From Acidimicrobiales bacterium (lineage in GTDB: Bacteria > Actinomycetota > Acidimicrobiia > Acidimicrobiales > CAIXPF01): 64,000 nucleotides of DNA. Within the stretch, counting starts at the first letter, position 1. Each line of letters begins with the position of its first letter. The stretch covers positions 35,129-99,128 of the forward strand of contig JBBSLP010000010.1 in NCBI GenBank assembly GCA_038255145.1, read 5' to 3'. A program made the position numbers and the translations under genes. This document shows, piece by piece, positions 8,186-16,886 of the stretch. The notes under the pieces were generated by a model. The model saw nothing but the letters and a program-made list of their open reading frames with translations, did not search any database and had not been told where the DNA came from.

Positions 8186-8999
8186 GACCTCCAGTCTGGC
8201 AGGTGTCGTCCTCGCAGCAGGAACAGGGTCTCGGCTCCGGCCGCTGACCACGCTGCGCCCCAAGGTGCTGTGCCCGGTCGGGGGCACGGCCCTGATCGAC
8301 CACGCCATCGAGCGCGTCCGCCACCTCACCGAAGACCTGGCCGTGAACGTGCACGCCCTTCCTGACCAGCTGTTGGACCACCTGGCCCGCCACCACCACG
8401 ACGGGGTGGTGACGTCGATGGAGGACGAGGCCCTGGGCACGGCGGGGGCCGTGGGCCGGCTGCGGAGCTGGATCGACGGCCGGGCCGTGGTCGTGGTCAA
8501 CGGCGACACCTGGTGCCCCGCTCCCCTGGCCGACCTGGTGGCGGGTTGGGACGGCGAGCGGGTCCGCGTCCACGTGGCCGGCCCTCAGCCGTTCGGGCCC
8601 CGGTCGCGCATCGTGGCCTCGCTCATGCCCTGGACCGTGGCCCGCGAGCTGCGGGCCGAACCCAGCGGCCTCTACGAGGTGGTGTGGCGGGCCGCCCACC
8701 AGCAGGGTCGCCTGGAGACCGTGCACTGGAACGGCGCCTTCGTCGACTGCGGCACCCCGGCGGACTACCTGGCCGCCAACCTCGAGGCCCTGGCCCAGGC
8801 CGGGCTGACGTCGCTGGTGGCCACCGGGGCCCGGTTGGCGGGTGAGGCCTCGGTGGGCGACGGGGTGGTGGTGGGGTCGGGTGCCTCGGTGTCGGGCCGG
8901 CTCGAGCGCTGCGTGGTGTGGCCCGGTGCCCGGGTCGACCGGGGGGAGGTGCTCATCGACGCCGTGCGCGCCGGTCCCCTCACCGTGCTCGTGCGCTGA
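8184..8999 (+). CDS. NDP-sugar pyrophosphorylase / nucleotidyltransferase with left-handed beta-helix C-terminus
   Basis: N-terminal VVLAAGTGSRLRPLT signature. ATG 8184 is the only sensible start. The hexapeptide-like C-terminus reads GARLAGEASVGDGVVVGSGASVSG. Confidence 0.75.
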   Translation: MTSSLAGVVLAAGTGSRLRPLTTLRPKVLCPVGGTALIDHAIERVRHLTEDLAVNVHALPDQLLDHLARHHHDGVVTSMEDEALGTAGAVGRLRSWIDGRAVVVVNGDTWCPAPLADLVAGWDGERVRVHVAGPQPFGPRSRIVASLMPWTVARELRAEPSGLYEVVWRAAHQQGRLETVHWNGAFVDCGTPADYLAANLEALAQAGLTSLVATGARLAGEASVGDGVVVGSGASVSGRLERCVVWPGARVDRGEVLIDAVRAGPLTVLVR

Positions 9000-10158
9000 G
9001 CTTCACCGGCCGTTCCGTCGATGCGCCCGTCGACACCGACCCTGCCGTCGACCCCGCCACACGGATGGCTCCCGAGGCGCTGGCCGCCAGCTGCCCACAG
9101 GCAGCGGCGATGTCGGTGCCCCGGTTGCGGCGCACGGTGACGTTGACGCCCCGGGCGTCGAGCCGGTCCTTGAAGTGCTGGACCCCGTCGGGTGGGGTGC
9201 CCTGGGTCAGGTAGCCGGGCGTCGGGTTGAGGGGGATGAGGTTGACGTGGGCCTTGAGCGGTCGCACCAGCGCCGCCAGCTCGTCAGCGTCGCGGTCGCG
9301 GTCGTTGACCCCGTCGATGAGGGCCCACTCGAAGGACAGCCGCCGGCCCTTGGCCTCGATGTACTCCCGGCATGCCTGGACGAGCACATCGAGGGGGTAG
9401 CGACGGTTGAGGGGCACGAGGGAGTCCCGCAGCTCGTCGTTGGCCGCGTGGAGGGACACGGCCAGGTTGACGGGCAGGGCCTCGGTGGACAGGCGGCGGA
9501 TGCCGGGCACGACGCCCACGGTGGACACGGTGAGGTGGCGGGCCGATATGCCCACGGCACCGTGGAGGCGCTCGACGGCCGGCCACAGCCGGTCGTAGTT
9601 GGCCAGGGGCTCGCCCATGCCCATGAACACCACGTTGGCCACCCGCCGGTCACGCCCGGCGGCGCTGCGGATGGCCCAAAGCACCTGCTCGACGATCTCC
9701 CCGGTGCGCAGGTGGCGGTCGAAGCCCGCCTGCCCGGTGGCGCAGAACGTGCAGCCCATGGCGCAGCCGGCCTGGGTGGAGACGCACACCGTGCTGCGCT
9801 TGGGGTAGTGCATGAGCACGGTCTCGACCCGGCCGCCGTCGGGCAGGGTCCACAGGGCCTTGTGGGTCTCGCCGTCGTCGGCCAGGGACTCGAGCTCGAG
9901 GGTCAGCGCGGCGGGGGCGGCCTCGGCCAGGCGGACCCGCAGGGCCTTGGGCAGGTTGGTCATCTCCTCGGGCCGGCGGGCCTGGGCGTAGAGCCCCTCC
10001 CACACCTGCTGGAGGCGGTAGGCGGGCTCGCCGTCGAGGAGCCGTGCCAGCTCGTCCTGCTCGAGGTCGTACAGGCCGACCTGGTCCTTCCACGACGGCG
10101 CGGCCGACGTGGGGGAGGTGGTGGGCGGAGGGGCGGTGGTGGGCGACGGGGGGGTCAC
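8980..10158 (-). CDS. rlmN: 23S rRNA/tRNA (adenine-C2)-methyltransferase RlmN (radical SAM)
   Basis: CVSTQAGCAMGCTFCATG radical-SAM cluster motif and a C-terminal GTDIAAACGQL motif. GTG 10158 overlaps the mshD stop as GTGA. Confidence 0.9.
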   Translation of the reverse strand: MTPPSPTTAPPPTTSPTSAAPSWKDQVGLYDLEQDELARLLDGEPAYRLQQVWEGLYAQARRPEEMTNLPKALRVRLAEAAPAALTLELESLADDGETHKALWTLPDGGRVETVLMHYPKRSTVCVSTQAGCAMGCTFCATGQAGFDRHLRTGEIVEQVLWAIRSAAGRDRRVANVVFMGMGEPLANYDRLWPAVERLHGAVGISARHLTVSTVGVVPGIRRLSTEALPVNLAVSLHAANDELRDSLVPLNRRYPLDVLVQACREYIEAKGRRLSFEWALIDGVNDRDRDADELAALVRPLKAHVNLIPLNPTPGYLTQGTPPDGVQHFKDRLDARGVNVTVRRNRGTDIAAACGQLAASASGAIRVAGSTAGSVSTGASTERPVKLSARAR

Positions 10159-11084
10159 GTGGCCGCCACCGTGGTGCGGAAGGAGCGGTCGGTGCGGATC
10201 ACGGTGAAGCCCAGCTTCTCGTAGAGGCGGATGGCGCCGGCGTTGTCGCCCTCGACGAACAGCATGCCCTCGGTGGCGCCGCGGTTCGACAGGTGGTCGA
10301 GGCCGGCCACGGTCAGGTCCCTGCCCAGGCCCCGGCCGTGGAAGTCGGGGTCGACGCAGATGACGTGGATCTCGCCCTGGGTGGTGCCATCGGGCGCGGC
10401 GGGGAAGAGCTTGGTCCAGCAGAAGCCGGCCAGGCGCCCGCCGATGTCGTGGAGCAGGAAGCCGGCGGGGTCGAACCAGGGCTCGGTCTTGCGCTCGTCG
10501 AGGTCGGCCCGGCTCATGTCGCCCTGGTCGGGGTGGCGCACGAAGGCCCGGCGGTTGACGCTCAGCACCTCGTCCTCGTCCCGGCCGACCACGAAGGGGC
10601 GCAGGACCAGGTCGGCGTGCACGCCCGTGGGCAGGGGGCGCACCATCTGCAGCAGGGTGCGGTGGGCCACGAGACCGGCCCGGGCCGCCACCTCGGCGTG
10701 CGAGGGCGTGGCCGCCACCGCCCACAGGTCGACCACGCCACCACCGGCCGCACCCACCTGGCGCAGGACGGTGGAGAGGAGGGAGGCGCCGACGTCGGCG
10801 GTGAGGGTGCGGTGGGCGGGGTCGACGAGCAGCTCGGCCGTCCAGCGCCCGTCCACCGAGCGCACGGCCTGCAGGTAGGCGGTGAGGGTGCTGGCGGCAC
10901 GGGAGGAGCTGGCGTCGTCGGACCACGCCGCGGCGAAGCCGCCGCCGTCGCCGGTCACCCGCTGGTGCCAGGCCCCGTCCCCGACGGAGGAGTGGCCCAC
11001 CGTGGCCGCGGCACGGGCCGCGAGTTCGACCACGTCAGCGGCCTGTGCGGGGTCGAGGCGGTCGACCGGGCCGTGCAACGCCAT
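10155..11084 (-). CDS. mshD: mycothiol synthase (two-GNAT-domain acetyltransferase MshD)
   Basis: About 309 aa with a tandem GNAT architecture and a C-terminal VDPDFHGRGLGRDL ... LYEKLGF motif, typical of MshD. Confidence 0.8.
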   Translation of the reverse strand: MALHGPVDRLDPAQAADVVELAARAAATVGHSSVGDGAWHQRVTGDGGGFAAAWSDDASSSRAASTLTAYLQAVRSVDGRWTAELLVDPAHRTLTADVGASLLSTVLRQVGAAGGGVVDLWAVAATPSHAEVAARAGLVAHRTLLQMVRPLPTGVHADLVLRPFVVGRDEDEVLSVNRRAFVRHPDQGDMSRADLDERKTEPWFDPAGFLLHDIGGRLAGFCWTKLFPAAPDGTTQGEIHVICVDPDFHGRGLGRDLTVAGLDHLSNRGATEGMLFVEGDNAGAIRLYEKLGFTVIRTDRSFRTTVAAT

Positions 11085-11165
11085 GGCGAGACACTACCGC
11101 CGTCACCGTCCCTGCCCGGGTCCGGCCCCGGGCCTGCGACCTGGCCGGCTGTCCGCTGGTGACAC

Positions 11166-11212
11166 CCCGGGAGCGGTCCGGGGAGCGGTCCGGGGAGTGC
11201 CGGGGAGCGGGG
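11166..11212. repeat. about 12-bp tandem repeat x4 in the mshD/nth divergent spacer
   Basis: cccgggagcggt ccggggagcggt ccggggagtg ccggggagcgggg, read directly. Confidence 0.7.
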
Positions 11213-11213
11213 C

Positions 11214-11219
11214 TAGCGT
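11214..11219 (+). promoter_or_regulatory. candidate -10 hexamer (TAGCGT) for leaderless nth
   Basis: Fits the TANNNT form, 8 nt upstream of GTG 11228. The 10-mer GGCTAGCGTG is identical to the one at 25107..25116, at the same spacing from an ATG. Confidence 0.35.
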
Positions 11220-11227
11220 GACGGGCC

Positions 11228-11950
11228 GTGGGTACGCCGAGGACGCCGAAGGGCCGGGCACGGGAGATCGACCGTCGCCTGACCGAGCTCTACCCCGAGG
11301 CCCTGTGCGAGCTCGACCACAGCAGCCCCTTCCAGCTGCTGGTGGCCACCATCCTGTCGGCCCAGACGACCGACGTGCGGGTCAACTCGGTCACCCCCGC
11401 CCTCTTCGCCCGTTACCCCGGCCCCGAGGACCTCGCCCACGCCGACCCCGAGGAGCTGCAGCGTCTCATCCACCCCACCGGCTTCTTCAACGCCAAGTCC
11501 CGCAGCCTGATGGGCATGGCCAACCGGTTGGTGGACGAGTTCGGCGGCGAGGTGCCGGGGCGCATGGAGGACCTGACCTCGTTGCCCGGGGTGGGGCGCA
11601 AGACGGCCAACGTGGTGCGCAGCGTGGCCCTGGACCTGCCCGGCCTGCCCGTGGACACCCACGTGACCCGCCTGGCCACCCGCCTGGGCCTGACCACCGA
11701 GACCGACCCGGTGAAGATCGAGCTGGAGCTGAACGGCTACATAGGCCCGGCCCGACGGGGGGAGTTCAGCCTGCGGCTCATCCTCCACGGACGCCGGGTG
11801 TGCGCGGCCCGCACGCCGGCGTGCGACCGTTGCCTGCTGTCGGACCTGTGCCCGTCGAGCCGGGTGCCCCGGGCCCCTCGGGCCCGTCGGCGGGCGGCGG
11901 ACCCCGCGCCGATCCCCTCGGAACAGCCCGTGGTGACCCTCACACCGTGA
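11228..11950 (+). CDS. nth: endonuclease III (DNA glycosylase/AP lyase)
   Basis: HhH-GPD motif LPGVGRKTANVV and C-terminal Fe-S cluster cysteines (C-x6-C-x2-C-x5-C: CAARTPACDRCLLSDLC). Confidence 0.9.
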   Translation: MGTPRTPKGRAREIDRRLTELYPEALCELDHSSPFQLLVATILSAQTTDVRVNSVTPALFARYPGPEDLAHADPEELQRLIHPTGFFNAKSRSLMGMANRLVDEFGGEVPGRMEDLTSLPGVGRKTANVVRSVALDLPGLPVDTHVTRLATRLGLTTETDPVKIELELNGYIGPARRGEFSLRLILHGRRVCAARTPACDRCLLSDLCPSSRVPRAPRARRRAADPAPIPSEQPVVTLTP

Positions 11951-12068
11951 GCGTCACCAGATTTTCGCTCTGGGACGTGCACGGACCCTCCGGCCCGGTT
12001 ATGCTGACCGCACCAGGTTCCCGCCACCTGGTATAGGCGACATAGGGATCCGCCGCCCAGTGTCGCCC

Positions 12069-12104
12069 CGTGAGCGCCGCCACGAGCGGCGCTCACGTCG
12101 TTTT
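12069..12104 (+). terminator. intrinsic terminator-like hairpin with a T-tract
   Basis: CGTGAGCGCCGC-cacga-GCGGCGCTCACG (12-bp perfect stem) followed by TCGTTTT. It lies downstream of nth. Confidence 0.6.
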
Positions 12105-12129
12105 CCGACAAGGTCGCCCGGGAGGCCGC

Positions 12130-12330
12130 TCAGCTGTCACCGACGTCGCGCACCAGTCGGGCCATGCGCCTCGACGCGGCCCGCAGGTGGCGCTCGATCT
12201 CCTCGAGGGCGAGGACGCGCTCCTCGTGGCGGGCGTTCTTCTCCTCGAGGGCGAGGTCGTACACCCGACGGGCGAGGTCGTCGACCGTCCCGGAGATGGC
12301 AGCGATCTGAGGACCGAGGTTGCCGGACAT
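12130..12330 (-). CDS. small (66 aa) coiled-coil hypothetical protein
   Basis: ATG start preceded by GAAGGGA. GC3 is high. It sits in the spacer between nth and hisD. I recognise no family. Confidence 0.4.
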   Translation of the reverse strand: MSGNLGPQIAAISGTVDDLARRVYDLALEEKNARHEERVLALEEIERHLRAASRRMARLVRDVGDS

Positions 12331-12413
12331 GGGTCCCTTCTACCGGACGGGGCCGAGCCGGGGAGAACCCGGTGGGCTTCGACCCGGGGCGACGGGTAGG
12401 TTCGACCGTCGAC

Positions 12414-13709
12414 ATGCTCGAGCGACTCGACCTCCGCGGCGTGACCGATGACCTGCGCCGACACCTGCCCCGGCCCAACCTGGGCGGCGACGAGCCCATC
12501 GACGTCGTACGCGCCATCCTGACCGACGTGGAGGCCCGCGGCGACGTGGCCCTGCGTGAGCTCACCGAACGATTCGACGGCGTCACCCTGACCGATCTGC
12601 GGGTGCCGGCCGAGGAGATCGCCGCCGCCCGGCGTGACATCGACCCTGCCGTCGGTGCCGCCCTCGAGGAGGCCGCCGGCAACATCGAGGCCTTCCACCG
12701 CACCCAGCTGACGTCGCCCCACACCTACGAGCGCCACGGCATCACCGTGCGGGGCTACAAGGTCCCCGTCGACCGGGCCGGGCTCTACGTCCCCGGGGGC
12801 CGGGCCGTGTACCCCTCGACGGTGCTCATGACCGCCGTGCCCGGCCGGGTGGCCGGCGTGCCCGAACTGGCCCTGTGCGTCCCCCCCGACCGCCGCACCG
12901 GGCGGGTCCCCCAGGCCACCCTGGCCGCGGCGGCCGTGGCCGGTGTGGACGAGGTCTACGCCGTGGGCGGCGCCCAGGCCATCGCGGCCATGGCCTTCGG
13001 CACCGAGTCCATCCGCCCCGTGGACGTCATCGTCGGCCCCGGCAACGCCTACGTGGCCGTGGCCAAGCGCGAGGTGGCCGGGCGGGGCCGGGTGGCCATC
13101 CCCTCGGCCTTCGCCGGGCCGTCCGAGGTGGTGGTGGTGGCCGACCACAGCGTCCCCGCCGACTTCGCCGCCATCGACCTGGTCGTGCAGGCCGAGCACG
13201 GTCCCGGTGGGCTGAGCTGGCTGCTGTGCTGGTCCGAGGACGTGTTGGCCCAGGTCGACGCGGCCGTCGAGCGCCTGGTGGCCGCCGCCCCCCGCCGGGA
13301 GGACATCGTGGCCACCATGGACGGCAACGGCTACGCCGTGCTGTGCGACGGACCCGAGCAGGCCATGGCCGTGGCCAACCTCATCGCCCCCGAACACCTC
13401 GAGCTGCTGTGCGAGGGGGCCGAGGAGCTCACCGCCCTGGTGCGCCACGCCGGTGCCGTGTTCTGCGGCCCCCTGGCCCCGGCGTCCATCGGTGACTACC
13501 TGGCCGGTCCCAGTCACGTGCTGCCCACCTTCGGCTCGGCCCGCTTCGGTTCCGCCCTCACCGTGGACGACTTCCTCAAGCACCTGCACGTCGTCACCGT
13601 GGACCCACAGGGTTTCGAGCGGGCCGCCCCCCACGTGGTCGCCCTGGCCCTGGCCGAGGGCCTCGATGCCCACGCCCAGTCCATCCTGTTGCGCCAGGGG
13701 GCACGATGA
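12414..13709 (+). CDS. hisD: histidinol dehydrogenase
   Basis: ORF 12060..13709 trimmed to ATG 12414 (MLERLDLRG). Conserved GGAQAIAAMAFGT, GPGNAYVAVAKR and VQAEHGP motifs. Confidence 0.95.
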   Translation: MLERLDLRGVTDDLRRHLPRPNLGGDEPIDVVRAILTDVEARGDVALRELTERFDGVTLTDLRVPAEEIAAARRDIDPAVGAALEEAAGNIEAFHRTQLTSPHTYERHGITVRGYKVPVDRAGLYVPGGRAVYPSTVLMTAVPGRVAGVPELALCVPPDRRTGRVPQATLAAAAVAGVDEVYAVGGAQAIAAMAFGTESIRPVDVIVGPGNAYVAVAKREVAGRGRVAIPSAFAGPSEVVVVADHSVPADFAAIDLVVQAEHGPGGLSWLLCWSEDVLAQVDAAVERLVAAAPRREDIVATMDGNGYAVLCDGPEQAMAVANLIAPEHLELLCEGAEELTALVRHAGAVFCGPLAPASIGDYLAGPSHVLPTFGSARFGSALTVDDFLKHLHVVTVDPQGFERAAPHVVALALAEGLDAHAQSILLRQGAR

Positions 13710-14803
13710 CGGAACCCGTGGGGACCGCCACGGGTCGCCGGCCGGCGGTGCGTGACGACGTGGCCCTCATGGAGGGCTACCACTCGGCCCAGGTCGAGGT
13801 GGGGGTGCGCCTCAACACCAACGAGTCCCCCTTCGCCCCGCCCGAGAGCTTCGGGGCCGAGGTGGCCGCGCTCCTGGCCGACGTGGACTGGAACCGCTAC
13901 CCCGACCGTGGGGCCACCGCCCTGCGCGCCGGCATCGCCGCCCTGCACGGGGTCGACGCCACCCAGGTCTTCGCGGCCAACGGCTCCAACGAGGTGCTGC
14001 AGACGCTGCTGCTGGCCTACGCCGGAGCCGGGCGCACGGTGGCCACGTTCGAGCCCACCTACGCCCTGCACAGCCACATCGCCCACCTGACCGGGGCCAC
14101 GGTGGTGTCCGGGGAGCGGGGCGAGGACTTCACCCTGGCCCTCGACGAGGTGGAGCGGGTGCTCGACGCCGCCGACCCGGCCGTCGTGTTCCTGTGCTCG
14201 CCCAACAACCCCACGGGCACGGTGGACAGCCCCGAGCTCGTCGACGCCGTCGTGGCCCGGTGCGCGGCCGAGGGGCGCCTGCTGGTGGTGGACGAGGCCT
14301 ACGCCCAGTTCGCGCCGTGGTCGGCCCTGGCGCGCCTCGACGAGGACCTGCCCCTGGTCGTGGTGCGCACCTACTCCAAGACGTGGTCCATGGCCGCAGC
14401 CCGCCTGGGCTACTGCGTGGCCCCCACCTGGGTGGTGGAGGACCTCTTCAAGGTGGTCCTGCCCTACCACCTCGACGTGGTCAAGCAGGCGGCGGGGTTG
14501 GCCGCGCTGGCCCACGCCTCGGAGATGGAGCTCCGGGTGGCCACCATCGTCGAGGAGCGGGGGCGCATCGCCGCCACCCTGGCCGAGCTGCCCGTGCACA
14601 CCTGGGCCTCGGGCTCGAACTTCATCCTGTTCCGTCCCCAGCAGCGCGCCGGTCACGACGTGTGGCAGGCCCTGGTCGAACGGTCGGTGCTGGTGCGCGA
14701 TTGCTCGTCCTGGCCCCGTCTGGCCGGCTGCCTGCGTGTCACCATCGGGACCCCGGCGGAGAACGACGCCTTCCTGTCCGCCCTCGAGGAGGTCCTGACG
14801 TGA
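13706..14803 (+). CDS. hisC: histidinol-phosphate aminotransferase
   Basis: ATGA overlap with hisD. Class-II aminotransferase with a PNNPTG motif and the PLP-lysine region RTYSKTWSMA. Confidence 0.95.
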   Translation: MTEPVGTATGRRPAVRDDVALMEGYHSAQVEVGVRLNTNESPFAPPESFGAEVAALLADVDWNRYPDRGATALRAGIAALHGVDATQVFAANGSNEVLQTLLLAYAGAGRTVATFEPTYALHSHIAHLTGATVVSGERGEDFTLALDEVERVLDAADPAVVFLCSPNNPTGTVDSPELVDAVVARCAAEGRLLVVDEAYAQFAPWSALARLDEDLPLVVVRTYSKTWSMAAARLGYCVAPTWVVEDLFKVVLPYHLDVVKQAAGLAALAHASEMELRVATIVEERGRIAATLAELPVHTWASGSNFILFRPQQRAGHDVWQALVERSVLVRDCSSWPRLAGCLRVTIGTPAENDAFLSALEEVLT

Positions 14804-15456
14804 ACGAAGCGCACCCGTCCGAGTTGTCGGGCCCGTCCGGCGAGCACGGCGGCGAGCTGGTCAAGCTGCGCCGGGGCAGCCGGTCGCGGGCCACCAAGGA
14901 GACGACCATCGACGTGGCCGTCACCCTCGACGGCAGCGGCCGCTCCGACGTGGTCACGGGCATCCCCTTCTTCGACCACATGCTCGACCAGTTGGCCCGC
15001 CACGGGGGCTTCGACCTGGTGGTCAAGGCCGTGGGCGACCTGGCCGTGGACACCCACCACACCATCGAGGACACCGGCATCAGCCTGGGCCACGCCTTTG
15101 CCGACGCCCTGGGCGACAAGGCCGGGGTGCGTCGCTTCGCCTCGGTGCGGGTGCCCCTCGACGAGGCCCTGAGCGACGTCGTCGTCGACCTGTCCGGTCG
15201 TCCCTACCTGCACTACCAGGTCGACTGCCCGCTCGACCCCGTCATCTGGGGCACGCCACCCTTCGACGCCCAGCTCACCGAGGAGTTCCTGCGGGGCTTC
15301 ATCACCGCCGCGGGCATCACCATGCACGTCACCCTGGTCCGGGGGCGCAACACCCACCACATCGTGGAGGCCACCTTCAAGGGCGTGGCCCGGGCCCTGC
15401 GCGACGCCGTGCGGGTCGAGGGTGGCGCGGTGCCGTCGACGAAGGGCGTGCTGTGA
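14800..15456 (+). CDS. hisB: imidazoleglycerol-phosphate dehydratase
   Basis: GTGA overlap with the hisC stop. Motifs IPFFDHMLDQLARHG, DTHHTIEDTGI and GRNTHHIVEA. Confidence 0.9.
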   Translation: MNEAHPSELSGPSGEHGGELVKLRRGSRSRATKETTIDVAVTLDGSGRSDVVTGIPFFDHMLDQLARHGGFDLVVKAVGDLAVDTHHTIEDTGISLGHAFADALGDKAGVRRFASVRVPLDEALSDVVVDLSGRPYLHYQVDCPLDPVIWGTPPFDAQLTEEFLRGFITAAGITMHVTLVRGRNTHHIVEATFKGVARALRDAVRVEGGAVPSTKGVL

Positions 15457-16100
15457 GCCCGACCGCCACGGGCGGGCCCGAGCGGCCCCTGCTGGCCGTG
15501 CTCGACTACGGCATCGGCAACCTGCGCTCGGCCCAGAAGGCCCTCGAGCGCCAAGGGGCCGAGGCCCAGCTGACATCGGATCCCGAGGTCGTGGCCGCCG
15601 CTGCCGGCGTGGTCCTGCCCGGGGTGGGTGCCTTCGGCCGCTGCATGGAGGCCCTGGCCGAGAGCGGCCTCGTCGACCTGGCCCGGGGGGCGGCGGCCAG
15701 CGGCCGTCCGTTCCTGGGCATATGCATCGGCATGCAGATGCTCTACGACACCTCGGAGGAGTCCCCGGGGGTGGCCGGGCTGGGACTCATCCCCGGCGTG
15801 GTCCGCCTGCTTCCCGAGGGGGTCAAGCGACCCCAGATGCAGTGGAACCAGGTCCACCACGCCACCCCCCACCCCCTGCTGGCCGGCCTGGCCGACCCGG
15901 CGTGGATGTACTTCGTGCACTCCTACGCCCCCGATGACCGGGCCCACGCCATCGCCACGTGCGACTACGGCGGCCCCGTGGTCGCCGCGGTGGCCCGCGA
16001 CAACGTGTGGGGCACCCAGTTCCACCCCGAGAAGTCGGGCACCAACGGCCTGGCCCTCCTGGGCAACTTCGTCCGCCACTGCGCCGTGGCCCGGGTGTGA
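15453..16100 (+). CDS. hisH: imidazole glycerol phosphate synthase, glutamine amidotransferase subunit
   Basis: GTGA overlap with hisB. Motifs DYGIGNLRS, GICIGMQML (catalytic Cys) and FHPEKS. Confidence 0.95.
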   Translation: MSPTATGGPERPLLAVLDYGIGNLRSAQKALERQGAEAQLTSDPEVVAAAAGVVLPGVGAFGRCMEALAESGLVDLARGAAASGRPFLGICIGMQMLYDTSEESPGVAGLGLIPGVVRLLPEGVKRPQMQWNQVHHATPHPLLAGLADPAWMYFVHSYAPDDRAHAIATCDYGGPVVAAVARDNVWGTQFHPEKSGTNGLALLGNFVRHCAVARV

Positions 16101-16864
16101 GCGCCCCCACCGCCGACGGCGAGCAGCTGCCCACGCTCGACCTGTACCCGGCCATCGACCTGCGGGACGGGCGCTGCGTGCGCCTCTACCAGGGCGACTA
16201 CGGCCGCGAGACGGTGTACGGGGATGACCCCGTGGCCCAGGCGCTGACCTTCGCTCGGGCCGGTGCGCCGTGGATCCACGTCGTCGACCTCGACGCGGCG
16301 CGCACGGGGGAGCCCGTCAACCGCGACGTGGTCGCCGCCATCGCCGCCGCCGTGTCCGTGCCCGTGCAGACCGGTGGCGGGGTGCGCTCGGTGGCTGCGG
16401 CCGAGGCCCTGGCCGCGGCGGGGGTGGCCCGGGTCGTCGTGGGCACCGCGGCCCTGGGCGACCCCGCTCTTCTGGCCGCCATCGCCGAACGGGTGCCGGT
16501 GGCGGTGGGCCTCGACGTTCGGGGCCGCGAGGTGGCCGTGCGGGGCTGGGAGACGGGGTCGGGCCGACAGTTGCTCGACGTGCTGGCCGAGCTGGCCGCC
16601 GCTCCCGTGGCCGCCTACGTCGTCACCCAGATCACCCGGGACGGCACGCTCGAGGGTCCGGACCTCGAACTGCTGGCCGAGGCCATGGCCGCCACCCCCG
16701 TGCCCGTGATCGCCTCGGGCGGGGTCGGGGGTCTGGGCGACATCGGCGTCCTGCGTGAGCTGCGATCCGACGGTCGCCGCCTGGCCGGGGTCATCGTCGG
16801 CCGGGCCCTGTACGAGGGCAGCTTCACCATCGACGCCGCCCTGGCCGCGGCCGGTCAGCTCTAG
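16097..16864 (+). CDS. hisA: ProFAR isomerase HisA (a PriA-type dual function cannot be judged from sequence alone)
   Basis: GTG 16097 overlaps the hisH stop. LYPAIDLRDGRCVRL start and GGGVRS / ASGGV phosphate-binding motifs. Confidence 0.9.
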   Translation: MSAPTADGEQLPTLDLYPAIDLRDGRCVRLYQGDYGRETVYGDDPVAQALTFARAGAPWIHVVDLDAARTGEPVNRDVVAAIAAAVSVPVQTGGGVRSVAAAEALAAAGVARVVVGTAALGDPALLAAIAERVPVAVGLDVRGREVAVRGWETGSGRQLLDVLAELAAAPVAAYVVTQITRDGTLEGPDLELLAEAMAATPVPVIASGGVGGLGDIGVLRELRSDGRRLAGVIVGRALYEGSFTIDAALAAAGQL

Positions 16865-16886
16865 CTCCCCGACCGGCCGTCGCCGG

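Noticed and set aside
16097-16864. Calling hisA a bifunctional PriA (HisA/TrpF), as in many Actinobacteria.
   Set aside because: A dedicated trpF is present at 28302..28955, so bifunctionality is not required. I cannot evaluate the PriA-specific residues by eye, so it is left as hisA.
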